Positions 49,215 to 58,885 of a stretch of 64,000 nucleotides of DNA are shown here, in pieces. The stretch is from a virus, in the IMG/VR virus record IMGVR_UViG_3300029305_003176. The stretch is one strand, 5' to 3'. The stretch's first letter is position 1. Each line of letters begins with the position of its first letter. The notes beneath the pieces are model-generated. The model had not been told where the DNA came from and searched no databases. It saw nothing but the letters and a program-made list of their open reading frames with translations. A program made the position numbers and the translations under genes.

Positions 49215-50006
49215 ATGACAAGAGAAACAATTATCTAAGAGCTACGCAGTAGAGGTTACAAGGCAGAATCTATAGATATAACAAAGAATAGAGTTGTATT
49301 CCAAGGAATTACGGTAGGCGAAGGCGATTTAAGACCTACGGTTTATGTAGAAAATTATAAAGAGTACACTCTTGGCGAAGCTATTGCAGACATCATAGAT
49401 ATAGTCAATAACAATAAAACAGATATATCTACAAATGATATGACAAATTGGAACAAAATAAAAGGGAAACTTATGCTTTGTTTACAGAGACAGTCCACGG
49501 AAAACATCGTTAAGAGAAACTGGCTTGACCTTGAATTATATGTCAGAGTTAAAATAAAAGACTTTGCGACATATAAAGTAAACCCTAAAATGTTAGAGGA
49601 ATTTGGTATAACAGAAAATGATTTATTTAACACAGCATGGGATTGCACCAAACCTACAATAGAAGTATCTGATATGTCGCAAATACTCAAGAAAATGGGA
49701 TTTGAAGTGCCAGAAATAGCAGAGACTTCAATGATTGTTGCCAAGAATAAGTTTGATAATAATGGTGCTATAGCTATATATGATATAGAAGCCTTACTAC
49801 AAGTAGCGAACAGATATAATACAGATTTGGTAATCTTGCCAAGTAGCATTCATGAATGTATTCTTGTGCCAATTAATAAGGATACTAATTTTGAAGAATT
49901 AAATGAAATGGTAAGAGAAGTAAATGAGAGCGAGGTTGCACCAGAAGATGTGTTGAGCAATCATATTTATATATTTAATCGTAATACAAAACAAATCACA
50001 TACTAA
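49215..50006 (+). pseudogene. DUF5688-like gene with in-frame TAA at codon 8
   Basis: RBS+ATG at 49215, TAA at 49236-49238, then open in frame into the 49440-50006 ORF (ILPSSIHE...EVN..EV.PEDVLS..Y). Confidence 0.7.
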
Positions 50007-50053
50007 TTAAAATTATATGCAAGCCGAAAAGGAAACCAAGTAGGCTTGTATCC

Positions 50054-50125
50054 GGCTCAGTAGTCAAGTGGTTAAGACGCTACATTCTCAGTGTAGAAAC
50101 TCCGGTTCGAATCCGGGCTGAGTCA
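50054..50125 (+). tRNA. tRNA-Glu(CTC)
   Basis: Acceptor GGCTCAG/CTGAGTC; anticodon arm CTACA-TTCTCAG-TGTAG. Confidence 0.9.
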
Positions 50126-50159
50126 TTACCGAAAGGCAAAGAAATGGAGGAAATGAAAA

Positions 50160-50375
50160 ATGAAAATTTACCAAGTTGTTGAAATCGTAACACAATACAT
50201 TGATGGATTCGATGGCAACCATGAATGGGAAGAAGAAATTAATAAAGGGCATTATTCCACAATGGAAAATGCTCAGGCAAAACTTAATGCTCTCACAGAA
50301 TTACATTGGGATAGCAAATATAACTGTTGTAGCAGAGAGTTCAAAATAAAAGAAATTGAACTTGATGTAGAATAA
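50160..50375 (+). CDS. Hypothetical protein
   Basis: GGAGG RBS; stop codon lies within a cassette motif. Confidence 0.65.
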   Translation: MKIYQVVEIVTQYIDGFDGNHEWEEEINKGHYSTMENAQAKLNALTELHWDSKYNCCSREFKIKEIELDVE

Positions 50376-50403
50376 AACAATTATTTGATTGGAAAGGCAG
50401 GTA

Positions 50404-50607
50404 ATGATTATGAGAACTTTTATTTTTCCAAACGAATATGTACATCTAATTCAGATTCATAAAAGATATTTGAATAGACTTGAAAAACATATCCGAAAAA
50501 CAATAAATCCAATAAAGAAAAACTCTTATAAAAAAGAGCTAAAACGTTGTAAACAGGCAATTACTTTATTAGAAGAAGAACTTAAGGAAAGATTCATGGA
50601 TATGTAA
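50404..50607 (+). CDS. Hypothetical protein
   Basis: Short basic ORF between cassette motifs; start uncertain. Confidence 0.55.
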   Translation: MIMRTFIFPNEYVHLIQIHKRYLNRLEKHIRKTINPIKKNSYKKELKRCKQAITLLEEELKERFMDM

Positions 50608-50637
50608 ATAAAAACAATATTTGATGGAGGTGTAAAG

Positions 50638-50898
50638 ATGTATATTCCAGAACATTTTTTTAAAGCAGGTGAAGTGCAACGAAAATATGAAATACCGTGT
50701 TATTTTCCTAAAGAATATGCAAAAAAAGTTTTAAAAATGAAGCGAAGAGATATCAAAAAAATTGAAGTGTGCTACAATTTACCAAATATTGTAGACAGCC
50801 AGCCATTAGATATGGCAGATTATGTCCAATGTGACAAAATGTGTATTGTAATGGATAAATACAATGCTTTTCTGTTTCCATTGCAGAGAGTTAAGTAA
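50638..50898 (+). CDS. Hypothetical protein
   Basis: GGAGG RBS. Confidence 0.6.
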   Translation: MYIPEHFFKAGEVQRKYEIPCYFPKEYAKKVLKMKRRDIKKIEVCYNLPNIVDSQPLDMADYVQCDKMCIVMDKYNAFLFPLQRVK

Positions 50899-50932
50899 AT
50901 AAAAACAATTATTTGATTGGAGGTAAAGAAAA

Positions 50933-51265
50933 ATGAAAAGTGAAATGTTAATTAAAATGGTTGATGGTGGATTAGTTAATTATGATGATGATAGTTACAA
51001 GATTGGTGGTTGTCCAACTTGTGATTATGGTAGTTCATACATCACGGAAATTGATATGACTCTTACCAAGCATAAGATTCATATTAAAACAGACAAGATG
51101 TATGATTATGTTCTTTCTGAAGGAGATATGTTGAAATTGCTTTTATCTAATTATAAAGAAATTACAACAATGACTGAAAAGGAATTTGTTGATTGGCTTA
51201 AAGTTAAACTTCTGGAAATCGTAAGCAAAGATGAGTTGGAAAAATACAGTGTTGTTGAACTGTAA
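50933..51265 (+). CDS. Hypothetical protein
   Basis: GCPTCDYGS motif. Confidence 0.65.
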   Translation: MKSEMLIKMVDGGLVNYDDDSYKIGGCPTCDYGSSYITEIDMTLTKHKIHIKTDKMYDYVLSEGDMLKLLLSNYKEITTMTEKEFVDWLKVKLLEIVSKDELEKYSVVEL

Positions 51266-51298
51266 ATAAAAGAAATATTTGATTAGGAGGAAAATAAA

Positions 51299-51739
51299 AT
51301 GGCAGAATTGCATTTAAAAGGTTACTTATGTAACGACTATGACGGAATTATCGCATTGAATAACAAAAATCCAAACGAAAGCGAATATTCACAGTGTAGA
51401 TATGGAGATTCAATTATCAGTAGTATTGAATCTTTTGCTTATGAACACGGAATGTTTGGCGAGCACAAAAAAGGTTTGGGTGGTCGCAAAGCTTTTATTG
51501 ATGATTGCAATTTAAGAGCATATTTTACAACTGAAGAATGTGAACTTGAAGAAGCGATGTTAGCGATGGATGTACTTATGTATGGTGGTGATATCAAAAC
51601 AAGGGTTGATTGGTGTGGATATTCTGAATGGACTATTACTGGATTAGATTTAGAAGAGTTCTCTATTGGTGGACACGACTTAGAAAGCGAATTTAGAAGT
51701 CACTATGGACAGTATTGCCACATTATCATCGAATGCTAA
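51299..51739 (+). CDS. Hypothetical protein
   Basis: GYSEWT...IGGHDL motif. Confidence 0.65.
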   Translation: MAELHLKGYLCNDYDGIIALNNKNPNESEYSQCRYGDSIISSIESFAYEHGMFGEHKKGLGGRKAFIDDCNLRAYFTTEECELEEAMLAMDVLMYGGDIKTRVDWCGYSEWTITGLDLEEFSIGGHDLESEFRSHYGQYCHIIIEC

Positions 51740-51779
51740 TAGTAAAGAAAATAATATTTAATAGATGGAGGTAAAGCAA

Positions 51780-52103
51780 ATGGGATTATTAGGAACCAAT
51801 TTAAATATGAATGATCAAACAAAAACTGTAATTGCAGAAGTAATTGATAAAGAAGATTGCTATGAAATCATATTTGTGTATGGTAATAATGAAGATTTTG
51901 ACGTAGCACAGGCATTTTTATCAAATATGCCGATGCAGTTTAGCAAGGAAGGTATAATTTTTCAATTACAAAAATTTAAATTTTATAGTGATTTCCCTAT
52001 CTATACATGCCAGATTTCTCACAACGGCAATGTCATGAGCAGAGAAGAAGCGTTTGAAAAGATTCTTAATGCAACAGAACCTTGGGAGGGCAATAGTAAA
52101 TAA
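51780..52103 (+). CDS. Hypothetical protein
   Basis: ATG 51780 after GGAGG. Confidence 0.6.
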   Translation: MGLLGTNLNMNDQTKTVIAEVIDKEDCYEIIFVYGNNEDFDVAQAFLSNMPMQFSKEGIIFQLQKFKFYSDFPIYTCQISHNGNVMSREEAFEKILNATEPWEGNSK

Positions 52104-52133
52104 AAACAATATTTGATTAACGGAGGAACGGAA

Positions 52134-52361
52134 ATGACAGCAAGAGAATTTTGTTTAAAGAAAACACAAGTATCTGAATTATGTGTAATAAGAGATACTG
52201 GGTGGATTGTTGCTATTGTATGGATTGACTCAGAAGATTTATTTGCAATGAACGAAACAATTGCAAAGATGGAAGTTAAATCTGATGAATGGGGCACTTT
52301 AAGTATCGTAACAAAACATGGTGACAAGCTTGAAGTTCCTTGTCACTATATTGATTGTTAA
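52134..52361 (+). CDS. Hypothetical protein
   Basis: ATG 52134 after GGAGG. Confidence 0.6.
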   Translation: MTAREFCLKKTQVSELCVIRDTGWIVAIVWIDSEDLFAMNETIAKMEVKSDEWGTLSIVTKHGDKLEVPCHYIDC

Positions 52362-52393
52362 AATAAATCAACATTTTATTAGGAGGTCTAACT

Positions 52394-52594
52394 ATGAAAA
52401 ATCTTTTAATGTTTGTGGCTTGGAATATAACAATAATAATTCTTATATTACTTAATTATGCGACTGTAACTATAGGCGGTGAGACTCTGGGATTAGGAGA
52501 TACGATTATCTATTTTTGCGGTATAGTATTTATTTATTACAATTATAGAAAAATAATAGAAAAGAAAATAATTAAACATAAAATGGAGGTCTAA
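52394..52594 (+). CDS. Small two-TM membrane protein
   Basis: Two hydrophobic segments. Confidence 0.6.
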   Translation: MKNLLMFVAWNITIIILILLNYATVTIGGETLGLGDTIIYFCGIVFIYYNYRKIIEKKIIKHKMEV

Positions 52595-52596
52595 CT

Positions 52597-52806
52597 ATGA
52601 CAGCAAGCGAAGTAGCACAATGGCTTAATTATGAAGCCACAGATGAACAATTTGCCGAAACCTTTGCTCTATTAGAGATAATGAGTTATGGCAGACAAGC
52701 ACCACAAATCTACGACCAAAAGGAAATTATTAAGAGTATGAATATAACTACGGTGTGTCGTAGGCTTAATGAAATTCTAAGCGAAATCAAAACTAATCAA
52801 AATTAA
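52597..52806 (+). CDS. Hypothetical protein
   Basis: GGAGG RBS. Confidence 0.55.
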   Translation: MTASEVAQWLNYEATDEQFAETFALLEIMSYGRQAPQIYDQKEIIKSMNITTVCRRLNEILSEIKTNQN

Positions 52807-52819
52807 AAGGAGGCATATT

Positions 52820-53633
52820 ATGCAAATATTGGTAAGAGAAATGGAAGATGACAAACTAAAATATGTTTGGAAAAAGGTATTCAAGAAAAATATATCAAAA
52901 GATGGCACAATTGTAATTGATAACAAAAGATATTATGACACTGATATTCTTAAAATTAAAGGAGACTTGCGAAATAAATATGTATTTTGTAGGAATTGCG
53001 GTGAATTAATAAAGCCAGAAGATGCAGAAAAGCACTTTGAAAAAAAAAGAAAAAGGAATAGATTGCCTAAATTGTGGTCATTTAACATTCAGACCAACAG
53101 GAAATTATAAGAAACAAAAATATGTAAAAAACGAAGACGGAACATATATGGAAACAATAAGGCAAGAAGTTAATATAATGTGCAATGCATCGTATTATTT
53201 AGAACGTACTGAAAAAATGATAAAAAATAAAAGCCATTACTGTCCACATTTTAAATGCAGATATTCAGGAGTTTCCCAGTTTGCACAAACAATGCTAATG
53301 CAATATCCAAAAATGAATGATATCATTGCAACGGAAAGGAGTTTAATAGAAAACAAGTTTGTTTTCAATAGAATGTTAGATGATTGTAGAATTTACAATC
53401 ATATTAAGATAAAGAATTTAAATGCTTTTGTGGATAGGAATGGAGTGATTAAACATTTTGAGTATATTCACAGAGGTAATGTATATAGATTTATTTATGC
53501 AAAGAAATATGATAAATTCTTTTCGATTTTCAGCATTAAATATAAGTCCTTTAACCTTTATAATTATATAAGTGACACAACGATTGAAAATATCCAAAAA
53601 GCAGTAAGAGCAGTTTATAAGGAGGAAGCTTAA
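52820..53633 (+). pseudogene. Cys-containing protein split by a frameshift in an A9 tract
   Basis: A9 at 53040-53048; A8 would fuse 52820-53110 and 53022-53633 (...KHFEKKEKGIDCLNC...). Confidence 0.7.
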
Positions 53634-55037
53634 ATGGTAAAGTTTAGTGAATTAAAAGAAAAATGGGCGTTTTGTTATACAGAAAGCCAATTATTAGACC
53701 TAATAAATGAAATGTATGAATTATGTATGTATTACGGGCATAGTGCTACAAAGTACGGTATCATGTGTGTGCTTGATAAATTCATTGATAATAAAAAGGA
53801 AAAGATTGAGCTACTTATGAAACACTCAGGGTACAACGGAAATCTACAAGTAGTTACCGTAAAGGAATTTGTTAGAGACACTTCGGCAAGCGAAATATCT
53901 AACTTTGTCTATAAATTCCCCGACAAGATCAAATCAAAGAATAAGATAATTAAGAAAAATATTAATGGCGAAACTCTTGTAGATATTATCAAAAAGGAAA
54001 TGACAAATATAAAAGTACTCAAGATTTCCGATATTGATAAGGTTAAAAATGATGTAAAGGTTAGTGGCAAATTCAATGATTATGGCGAAGTAAAAGAAAG
54101 TGTAATAATTCACTCAAAATATTTAAATGCTAACGACATATTTCGTTTCGAACATAAATCTACATTAAGTGAATTGGCTGCAAGGAATTTAAATGATTAT
54201 GTGCCAGAGCTTAAGGTTGTAAAAGATATGAAAACATCGAGAGCTTTTGGTAAGTTGTGTAATTACTTTAAACTAAACGAAGCACCAAATTACAATAAAT
54301 TATACGCAGAATACTGTGATTTGGTAAGTGTATTAACGAGAAAGCTAAACTTTGTTATTTCTCTTAATCCATTAGATTACTTAAAAATGAGTTTTGGTGT
54401 TAATTGGGCAAGTTGCCACACAATCGACATACATAATAAAAGACGTATGCCAGATAGTTATTCAGGTGGATATTGCGGTGGCACACTATCTTATATGTTA
54501 GATAAAAATTCCTTTGTAACATATGTTGTTCCAATCGAAGAGAAAAATGGTATTACATCAACACAAAGACCAGACAGATGGGATAAGATATATAGAAATA
54601 TGTTCCATTTGCAAGGGCAACAACTTATTCAGGGCAGAATTTACCCACAAGGCAAAGATGGTGCAACAGATTTATACAAGGTAATGCGTTTTAATATGCA
54701 AGAAGCTCTGTGTGAAATGTGGGGTATTAATTATATTGATAGCGGTAACGGAAATGATACTTGGGTGTCAAGAGGAAGCACAAAAGATAATACTTCTTGG
54801 TATAACACATTAGGATGTAACTATCAAGATTATAGATATTTTCGAGATTGTAATTTATCTAAGGTAAGAAACTCCGACAATGACTTGCCAATAGAAATTG
54901 GACACGAACAAATAGATGTATTCTGTGGCGAATCACTTTCGGGCTGTTCTGGTAAAATATCGCTTGGCGAAAGAAAAGCGGATTTACCAGATATGATTGC
55001 AGAAAAAACAAATTATACTACATATATTCCAAACTAA
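53634..55037 (+). CDS. Conserved phage enzyme-like protein, paralog 1
   Basis: NPLDYLKMSFGVNWASCHTID...GTLSYMLD...RNMFH...IQGRIYPQG. Confidence 0.7.
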   Translation: MVKFSELKEKWAFCYTESQLLDLINEMYELCMYYGHSATKYGIMCVLDKFIDNKKEKIELLMKHSGYNGNLQVVTVKEFVRDTSASEISNFVYKFPDKIKSKNKIIKKNINGETLVDIIKKEMTNIKVLKISDIDKVKNDVKVSGKFNDYGEVKESVIIHSKYLNANDIFRFEHKSTLSELAARNLNDYVPELKVVKDMKTSRAFGKLCNYFKLNEAPNYNKLYAEYCDLVSVLTRKLNFVISLNPLDYLKMSFGVNWASCHTIDIHNKRRMPDSYSGGYCGGTLSYMLDKNSFVTYVVPIEEKNGITSTQRPDRWDKIYRNMFHLQGQQLIQGRIYPQGKDGATDLYKVMRFNMQEALCEMWGINYIDSGNGNDTWVSRGSTKDNTSWYNTLGCNYQDYRYFRDCNLSKVRNSDNDLPIEIGHEQIDVFCGESLSGCSGKISLGERKADLPDMIAEKTNYTTYIPN

Positions 55038-55047
55038 ATAAAATTAA

Positions 55048-56877
55048 ATGGAGGATGATATTATGATAATGGAAAAGAACGCAACTTACGAACTCTCACA
55101 AGAAGAAAGAGAATCGTTACGAAAGGAAATTATTGATCTTACAAGAGAATATCATTACAACCCAACAGAAAGTGCTGTTGATAAGTTACTTGATGAATGG
55201 GTAAAGAATAATGGCTGGATGATTAATTTGTTTAAGAAACATCCAAATTATAATGGAAAGTATCAGATTGTATTTGACGCAAACTATCTACGAACAACTA
55301 ACATAAATGAAATAAGGAATTTCTGCAATTGGATAATGTTTTATTGTTGCGAAGTGTTAGTACCAATGAAAATAAGTACATTCTCGTATATAGAAGTGTG
55401 TGACCATAGAAGTCGTGTTAAAGATATTTGTGACTATATGGAATTTTTAAAATCATATGGGAAAAGTGTGGTTGTTGATGGAATGAGTCTTAGAGAATGG
55501 AGAAATGAGCTTAATAAATGGATCGCACTTAAGAAAAGATATGAATCTGAAACTTATATTTATGATGTTAGGGCATATACTGTAGAAAGTGGTAAAAAGA
55601 AAAAAGCTTTAGATGATCTTGCAAGAGTATTATATGACTATTATGACAATGTGATAACAGAAGAGATTGCGGAAAGAGTAAACAATATTTATCAAGATAT
55701 AAAGGCTGTTGCAGGACAGAAAACTTCAAAGCTTATGAGAAAGATATGTAAAAAACTTGATATAGATAAAGTTGTAAATTTTGAAAGAGAATTTGCAAAG
55801 TATGCAGATAGTATTAATCCAATAGAACTTACACGAAAAACAGTTCTTTCTTGTCATCCTGTTGATTTCTTAACAATGAGCTTCGGAAATAGCTGGGCAA
55901 GCTGTCATACAATTGATAAGCGAAACGATAGAGGTATGCCAGATTCATACGAAGGGCAATATAGCTCAGGTACAATTTCTTATATGCTTGATGATACATC
56001 ATTTGTGTATTACACAATAGATAAAGATTACAATGGAAATCAGCCAGAGTTGCAGCCAAAGATTAATAGAAATATGTTTCATATTGGCGAAGATAAATTA
56101 ATACAAGGTAGAATTTATCCTCAAGGAAACGATGGAGATGACGGATTATATAAGCAAGTAAGAGAAATCGTACAAAAGGTAATTGCTGACTGCCTTGAAG
56201 TTCCTAATATGTGGAAAAATGTAAAGGGAACCAATGAATGTAGAAATATGACATCTAGCAAGGGAACTCATTATAGAGATTATACTTCTTTTTCAAGTTG
56301 TAATGTATCTTATTTAAAGGATACAGATGGGAATATTAACACTATTTATATCACAGTGGGACACGATCCAATTTGTATACAATGTGGACGAACTCATAAC
56401 TGGTCGGATGCTATTGAATGTAGTAGTTGCTACGATGGTATTTTTATTTGTGCAGATTGTGGTTGCGAAGTAGATGAAGAAGATGTGATAGAAATAAATG
56501 GCGAATACTACTGTAGAGATTGTTGTAGTTACTGCGACTATCATGAGCAATATGAAAGAGAAGAACTTACATATGTAAATAATTATGGCTATGTATGCGA
56601 TAGTGGTTTGGATAATGATGATTTTGATTATTGTGAGAGATGCGAGCAATGGTTTTATGATAATGAAGAGGGTTTTAGCACAGCAGACGGATTATGGTAC
56701 TGTTGTGAAGAACATGTAAGAAATGACGGCTATGAAATGACAGAAGATGGCGAATGGTACCCAGAAGATGAGGTGCATTATTGTGAGATTTGCAAGAGAT
56801 ATGTTCACGAAGATAACTGGAATGAAGATGAAGATTGTTGTAACGATTGTGCAACAGAAGAAAGAGAGGCGATTTAG
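55048..56877 (+). CDS. Conserved phage enzyme-like protein, paralog 2, with C-terminal CxxC repeats
   Basis: HPVDFLTMSFGNSWASCHTID...GTISYMLD...RNMFH...IQGRIYPQG; about 9 CxxC pairs in an acidic tail. Confidence 0.7.
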   Translation: MEDDIMIMEKNATYELSQEERESLRKEIIDLTREYHYNPTESAVDKLLDEWVKNNGWMINLFKKHPNYNGKYQIVFDANYLRTTNINEIRNFCNWIMFYCCEVLVPMKISTFSYIEVCDHRSRVKDICDYMEFLKSYGKSVVVDGMSLREWRNELNKWIALKKRYESETYIYDVRAYTVESGKKKKALDDLARVLYDYYDNVITEEIAERVNNIYQDIKAVAGQKTSKLMRKICKKLDIDKVVNFEREFAKYADSINPIELTRKTVLSCHPVDFLTMSFGNSWASCHTIDKRNDRGMPDSYEGQYSSGTISYMLDDTSFVYYTIDKDYNGNQPELQPKINRNMFHIGEDKLIQGRIYPQGNDGDDGLYKQVREIVQKVIADCLEVPNMWKNVKGTNECRNMTSSKGTHYRDYTSFSSCNVSYLKDTDGNINTIYITVGHDPICIQCGRTHNWSDAIECSSCYDGIFICADCGCEVDEEDVIEINGEYYCRDCCSYCDYHEQYEREELTYVNNYGYVCDSGLDNDDFDYCERCEQWFYDNEEGFSTADGLWYCCEEHVRNDGYEMTEDGEWYPEDEVHYCEICKRYVHEDNWNEDEDCCNDCATEEREAI

Positions 56878-56878
56878 T

Positions 56879-57949
56879 ATGAGCAAGAAAACTAAACAAA
56901 ATTATATAAGTGCATTTAATACAAAGAAATATACATACAAGGGAAAGAAAAATAAAACAATATTTCCAGAATTTATTAGTATATGCAAAAAGACACAAGC
57001 AGAGCTTAAGTTTGATTTAGTTACTAAACTAACAGAAGCAGGCTATCCCGAAGTTATTTGTGCTGATGGATATGTTTATGCAAAGGGAGAATTACCTATC
57101 TTATTAACAGCTCATTTAGATACAGTTCATGATAATCCGGTAAAGGATTTTTATGAATTTGTAGATAAAAATGGAAGTCATATCTTAAGTTCGCCACAAG
57201 GTATAGGTGGAGATGATAGATGTGGTGTATATATGATACTTGAAATTATTAAGAATTATAAGCCATCAATTCTTTTCTGCGAAGATGAAGAAACAGGAGG
57301 GCAAGGTTCAAAAAAATTTACTAAAACTGAATTCATTAATGATTTATCAGATTTAAAGTATCTTATTGAACTTGACCGAGCAAATGCAAATGACGCAGTA
57401 TTCTACGATTGCGATAATCCTGAATTTACTAAGTTCATAGAAGAAACAACTGGTTTTAAAAAGTCATTTGGTAGTTTTTCTGATATATCAGTGCTTGCGC
57501 CTGCTTGTAAAGTTGCAGCAGTAAACCTTAGTTGTGGTTATTATCACGCTCATACACTCCGAGAAGAAGTAAACATGGAAGAAATGTTTAATACAATCTC
57601 CGCCGTTAAAAAGCTTCTCGAAACAGAAAGTGAACAATATGAATACATTGAAAAGAAATATAGTTATATAGATTGGGGTGTTTATGGAAGATATGGACTT
57701 GTAGACTATGACGACTATGGCTGGGGTAGCTATGGCGGTTATAGTGGTAGCAGTGGAAACTATTTTGAAGGTGAATTAAAAGAAGAATATGAATGTGTTG
57801 TAATGTATGTAACATTCAATAGAAACGAAAAAGAGGACTATGACGAAGTTTATGGTTATACAAAAGAAGAATGTTGGGCAGATTTCTTTATGGGTAATCC
57901 AGATATTTGTTATAACGATGTTTTAGATTATTATTTCGATGTGTTCTAA
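56879..57949 (+). CDS. M20/M28-family zinc peptidase
   Basis: AHLDTVH, GGDDRCG, DEETGG, ELDR, GSFSDI, NLSCGYYHAHT motifs; ATG 56879. Confidence 0.85.
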   Translation: MSKKTKQNYISAFNTKKYTYKGKKNKTIFPEFISICKKTQAELKFDLVTKLTEAGYPEVICADGYVYAKGELPILLTAHLDTVHDNPVKDFYEFVDKNGSHILSSPQGIGGDDRCGVYMILEIIKNYKPSILFCEDEETGGQGSKKFTKTEFINDLSDLKYLIELDRANANDAVFYDCDNPEFTKFIEETTGFKKSFGSFSDISVLAPACKVAAVNLSCGYYHAHTLREEVNMEEMFNTISAVKKLLETESEQYEYIEKKYSYIDWGVYGRYGLVDYDDYGWGSYGGYSGSSGNYFEGELKEEYECVVMYVTFNRNEKEDYDEVYGYTKEECWADFFMGNPDICYNDVLDYYFDVF

Positions 57950-57982
57950 AAATAAAGAAAAGACAGTTTTTGAACCAAGATG

Positions 57983-58079
57983 AAAATTTGTTGTTAGTAA
58001 TTTAGATAATTTTGGTAAAACCGTATTCATAACCCAAGAAAAAGCAGAACAAGCATTGGCAGAGATGAAAGGAGAATAG
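57983..58079 (+). pseudogene. C-terminal gene remnant
   Basis: ...DNFGKTVFITQEKAEQALAEMKGE* (common phage C-terminal motif) preceded by an in-frame TGA and no start. Confidence 0.5.
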
Positions 58080-58082
58080 TTT

Positions 58083-58334
58083 ATGTGCAAATATTGTGAA
58101 GAAAATGAATCAATTTTCTATGATGAAAAATCAAAGGGGATAAGAGAAGTTGTTGTCGAACAGGATAACACTCTTTGTATTTGCAGCAATGATTACGACC
58201 AAGATGATGCGAATGAATCTGAAGCGATAGGATTTAGTTTTTATGAAGCTAAACTTATGGCGCAATATAGCATTTCATTACCAATAAATTACTGCCCTAT
58301 GTGTGGCAAGGCATTAAAGCAGATAGGAGATTGA
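58083..58334 (+). CDS. Small Zn-finger protein
   Basis: MCKYC...INYCPMCGKAL. Confidence 0.7.
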   Translation: MCKYCEENESIFYDEKSKGIREVVVEQDNTLCICSNDYDQDDANESEAIGFSFYEAKLMAQYSISLPINYCPMCGKALKQIGD

Positions 58335-58338
58335 GAGG

Positions 58339-58533
58339 ATGAAATGGAACGCAAGTGTAACAATGACATTGAACATTGATTATGAAGATATTGAAGCAGA
58401 TACAGAGGAAGAAGCAAAGAGAATAGCTGAAGATATGGCTTATGAAGATGTAGATTTCAATAATTGTATGTGTGATGATGATGCAACAGCATTTGTTTGG
58501 TTAGCAAAGGAGAATGAGCATGACGGAGAATGA
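58339..58533 (+). CDS. Small acidic protein
   Basis: IEADTEEEAKRIA motif. Confidence 0.6.
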   Translation: MKWNASVTMTLNIDYEDIEADTEEEAKRIAEDMAYEDVDFNNCMCDDDATAFVWLAKENEHDGE

Positions 58534-58885
58534 AGCGATTAACGAATTACAAGCAAATATTGACTTGCCTTTTGGATTTACTGTATCGGATGAAGTATCA
58601 GCAATGGCAATCCAAGCCCTTGAAGAAATCCAACGGTACAGAGCAATCGGAACTATTGAAGAATTTAAGGCTTTGAAAGAGAAGAGTGTGGCGAAGAAAG
58701 TAATTGCACCCCCTTGTAATGCTTGTGATAAAGAATTATGCGATTATGATTGCAAGTATTTTTTAACTACATATACGGATGAATATAAATGCCCTACTTG
58801 CCACACTAATCAAGTGTACATACCTGAATACGAAATAAGACTTGATTGTTGTCCTAATTGCGGACAGAAACTTGATTGGCAATGA
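58514..58885 (+). CDS. Zn-finger phage protein
   Basis: YRAIGTIEE; CPTC...CPNCGQKLDW. Confidence 0.7.
   Translation: MSMTENEAINELQANIDLPFGFTVSDEVSAMAIQALEEIQRYRAIGTIEEFKALKEKSVAKKVIAPPCNACDKELCDYDCKYFLTTYTDEYKCPTCHTNQVYIPEYEIRLDCCPNCGQKLDWQ

Larger units (their letters stand above)
50372..52379 (+). repeat. Cluster 1 of intergenic ATAAAA-N6-TTTGAT sites (7 copies including variants)
   Basis: 50372, 50608, 50899, 51266, 51745, 52100, 52363. Confidence 0.85.
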
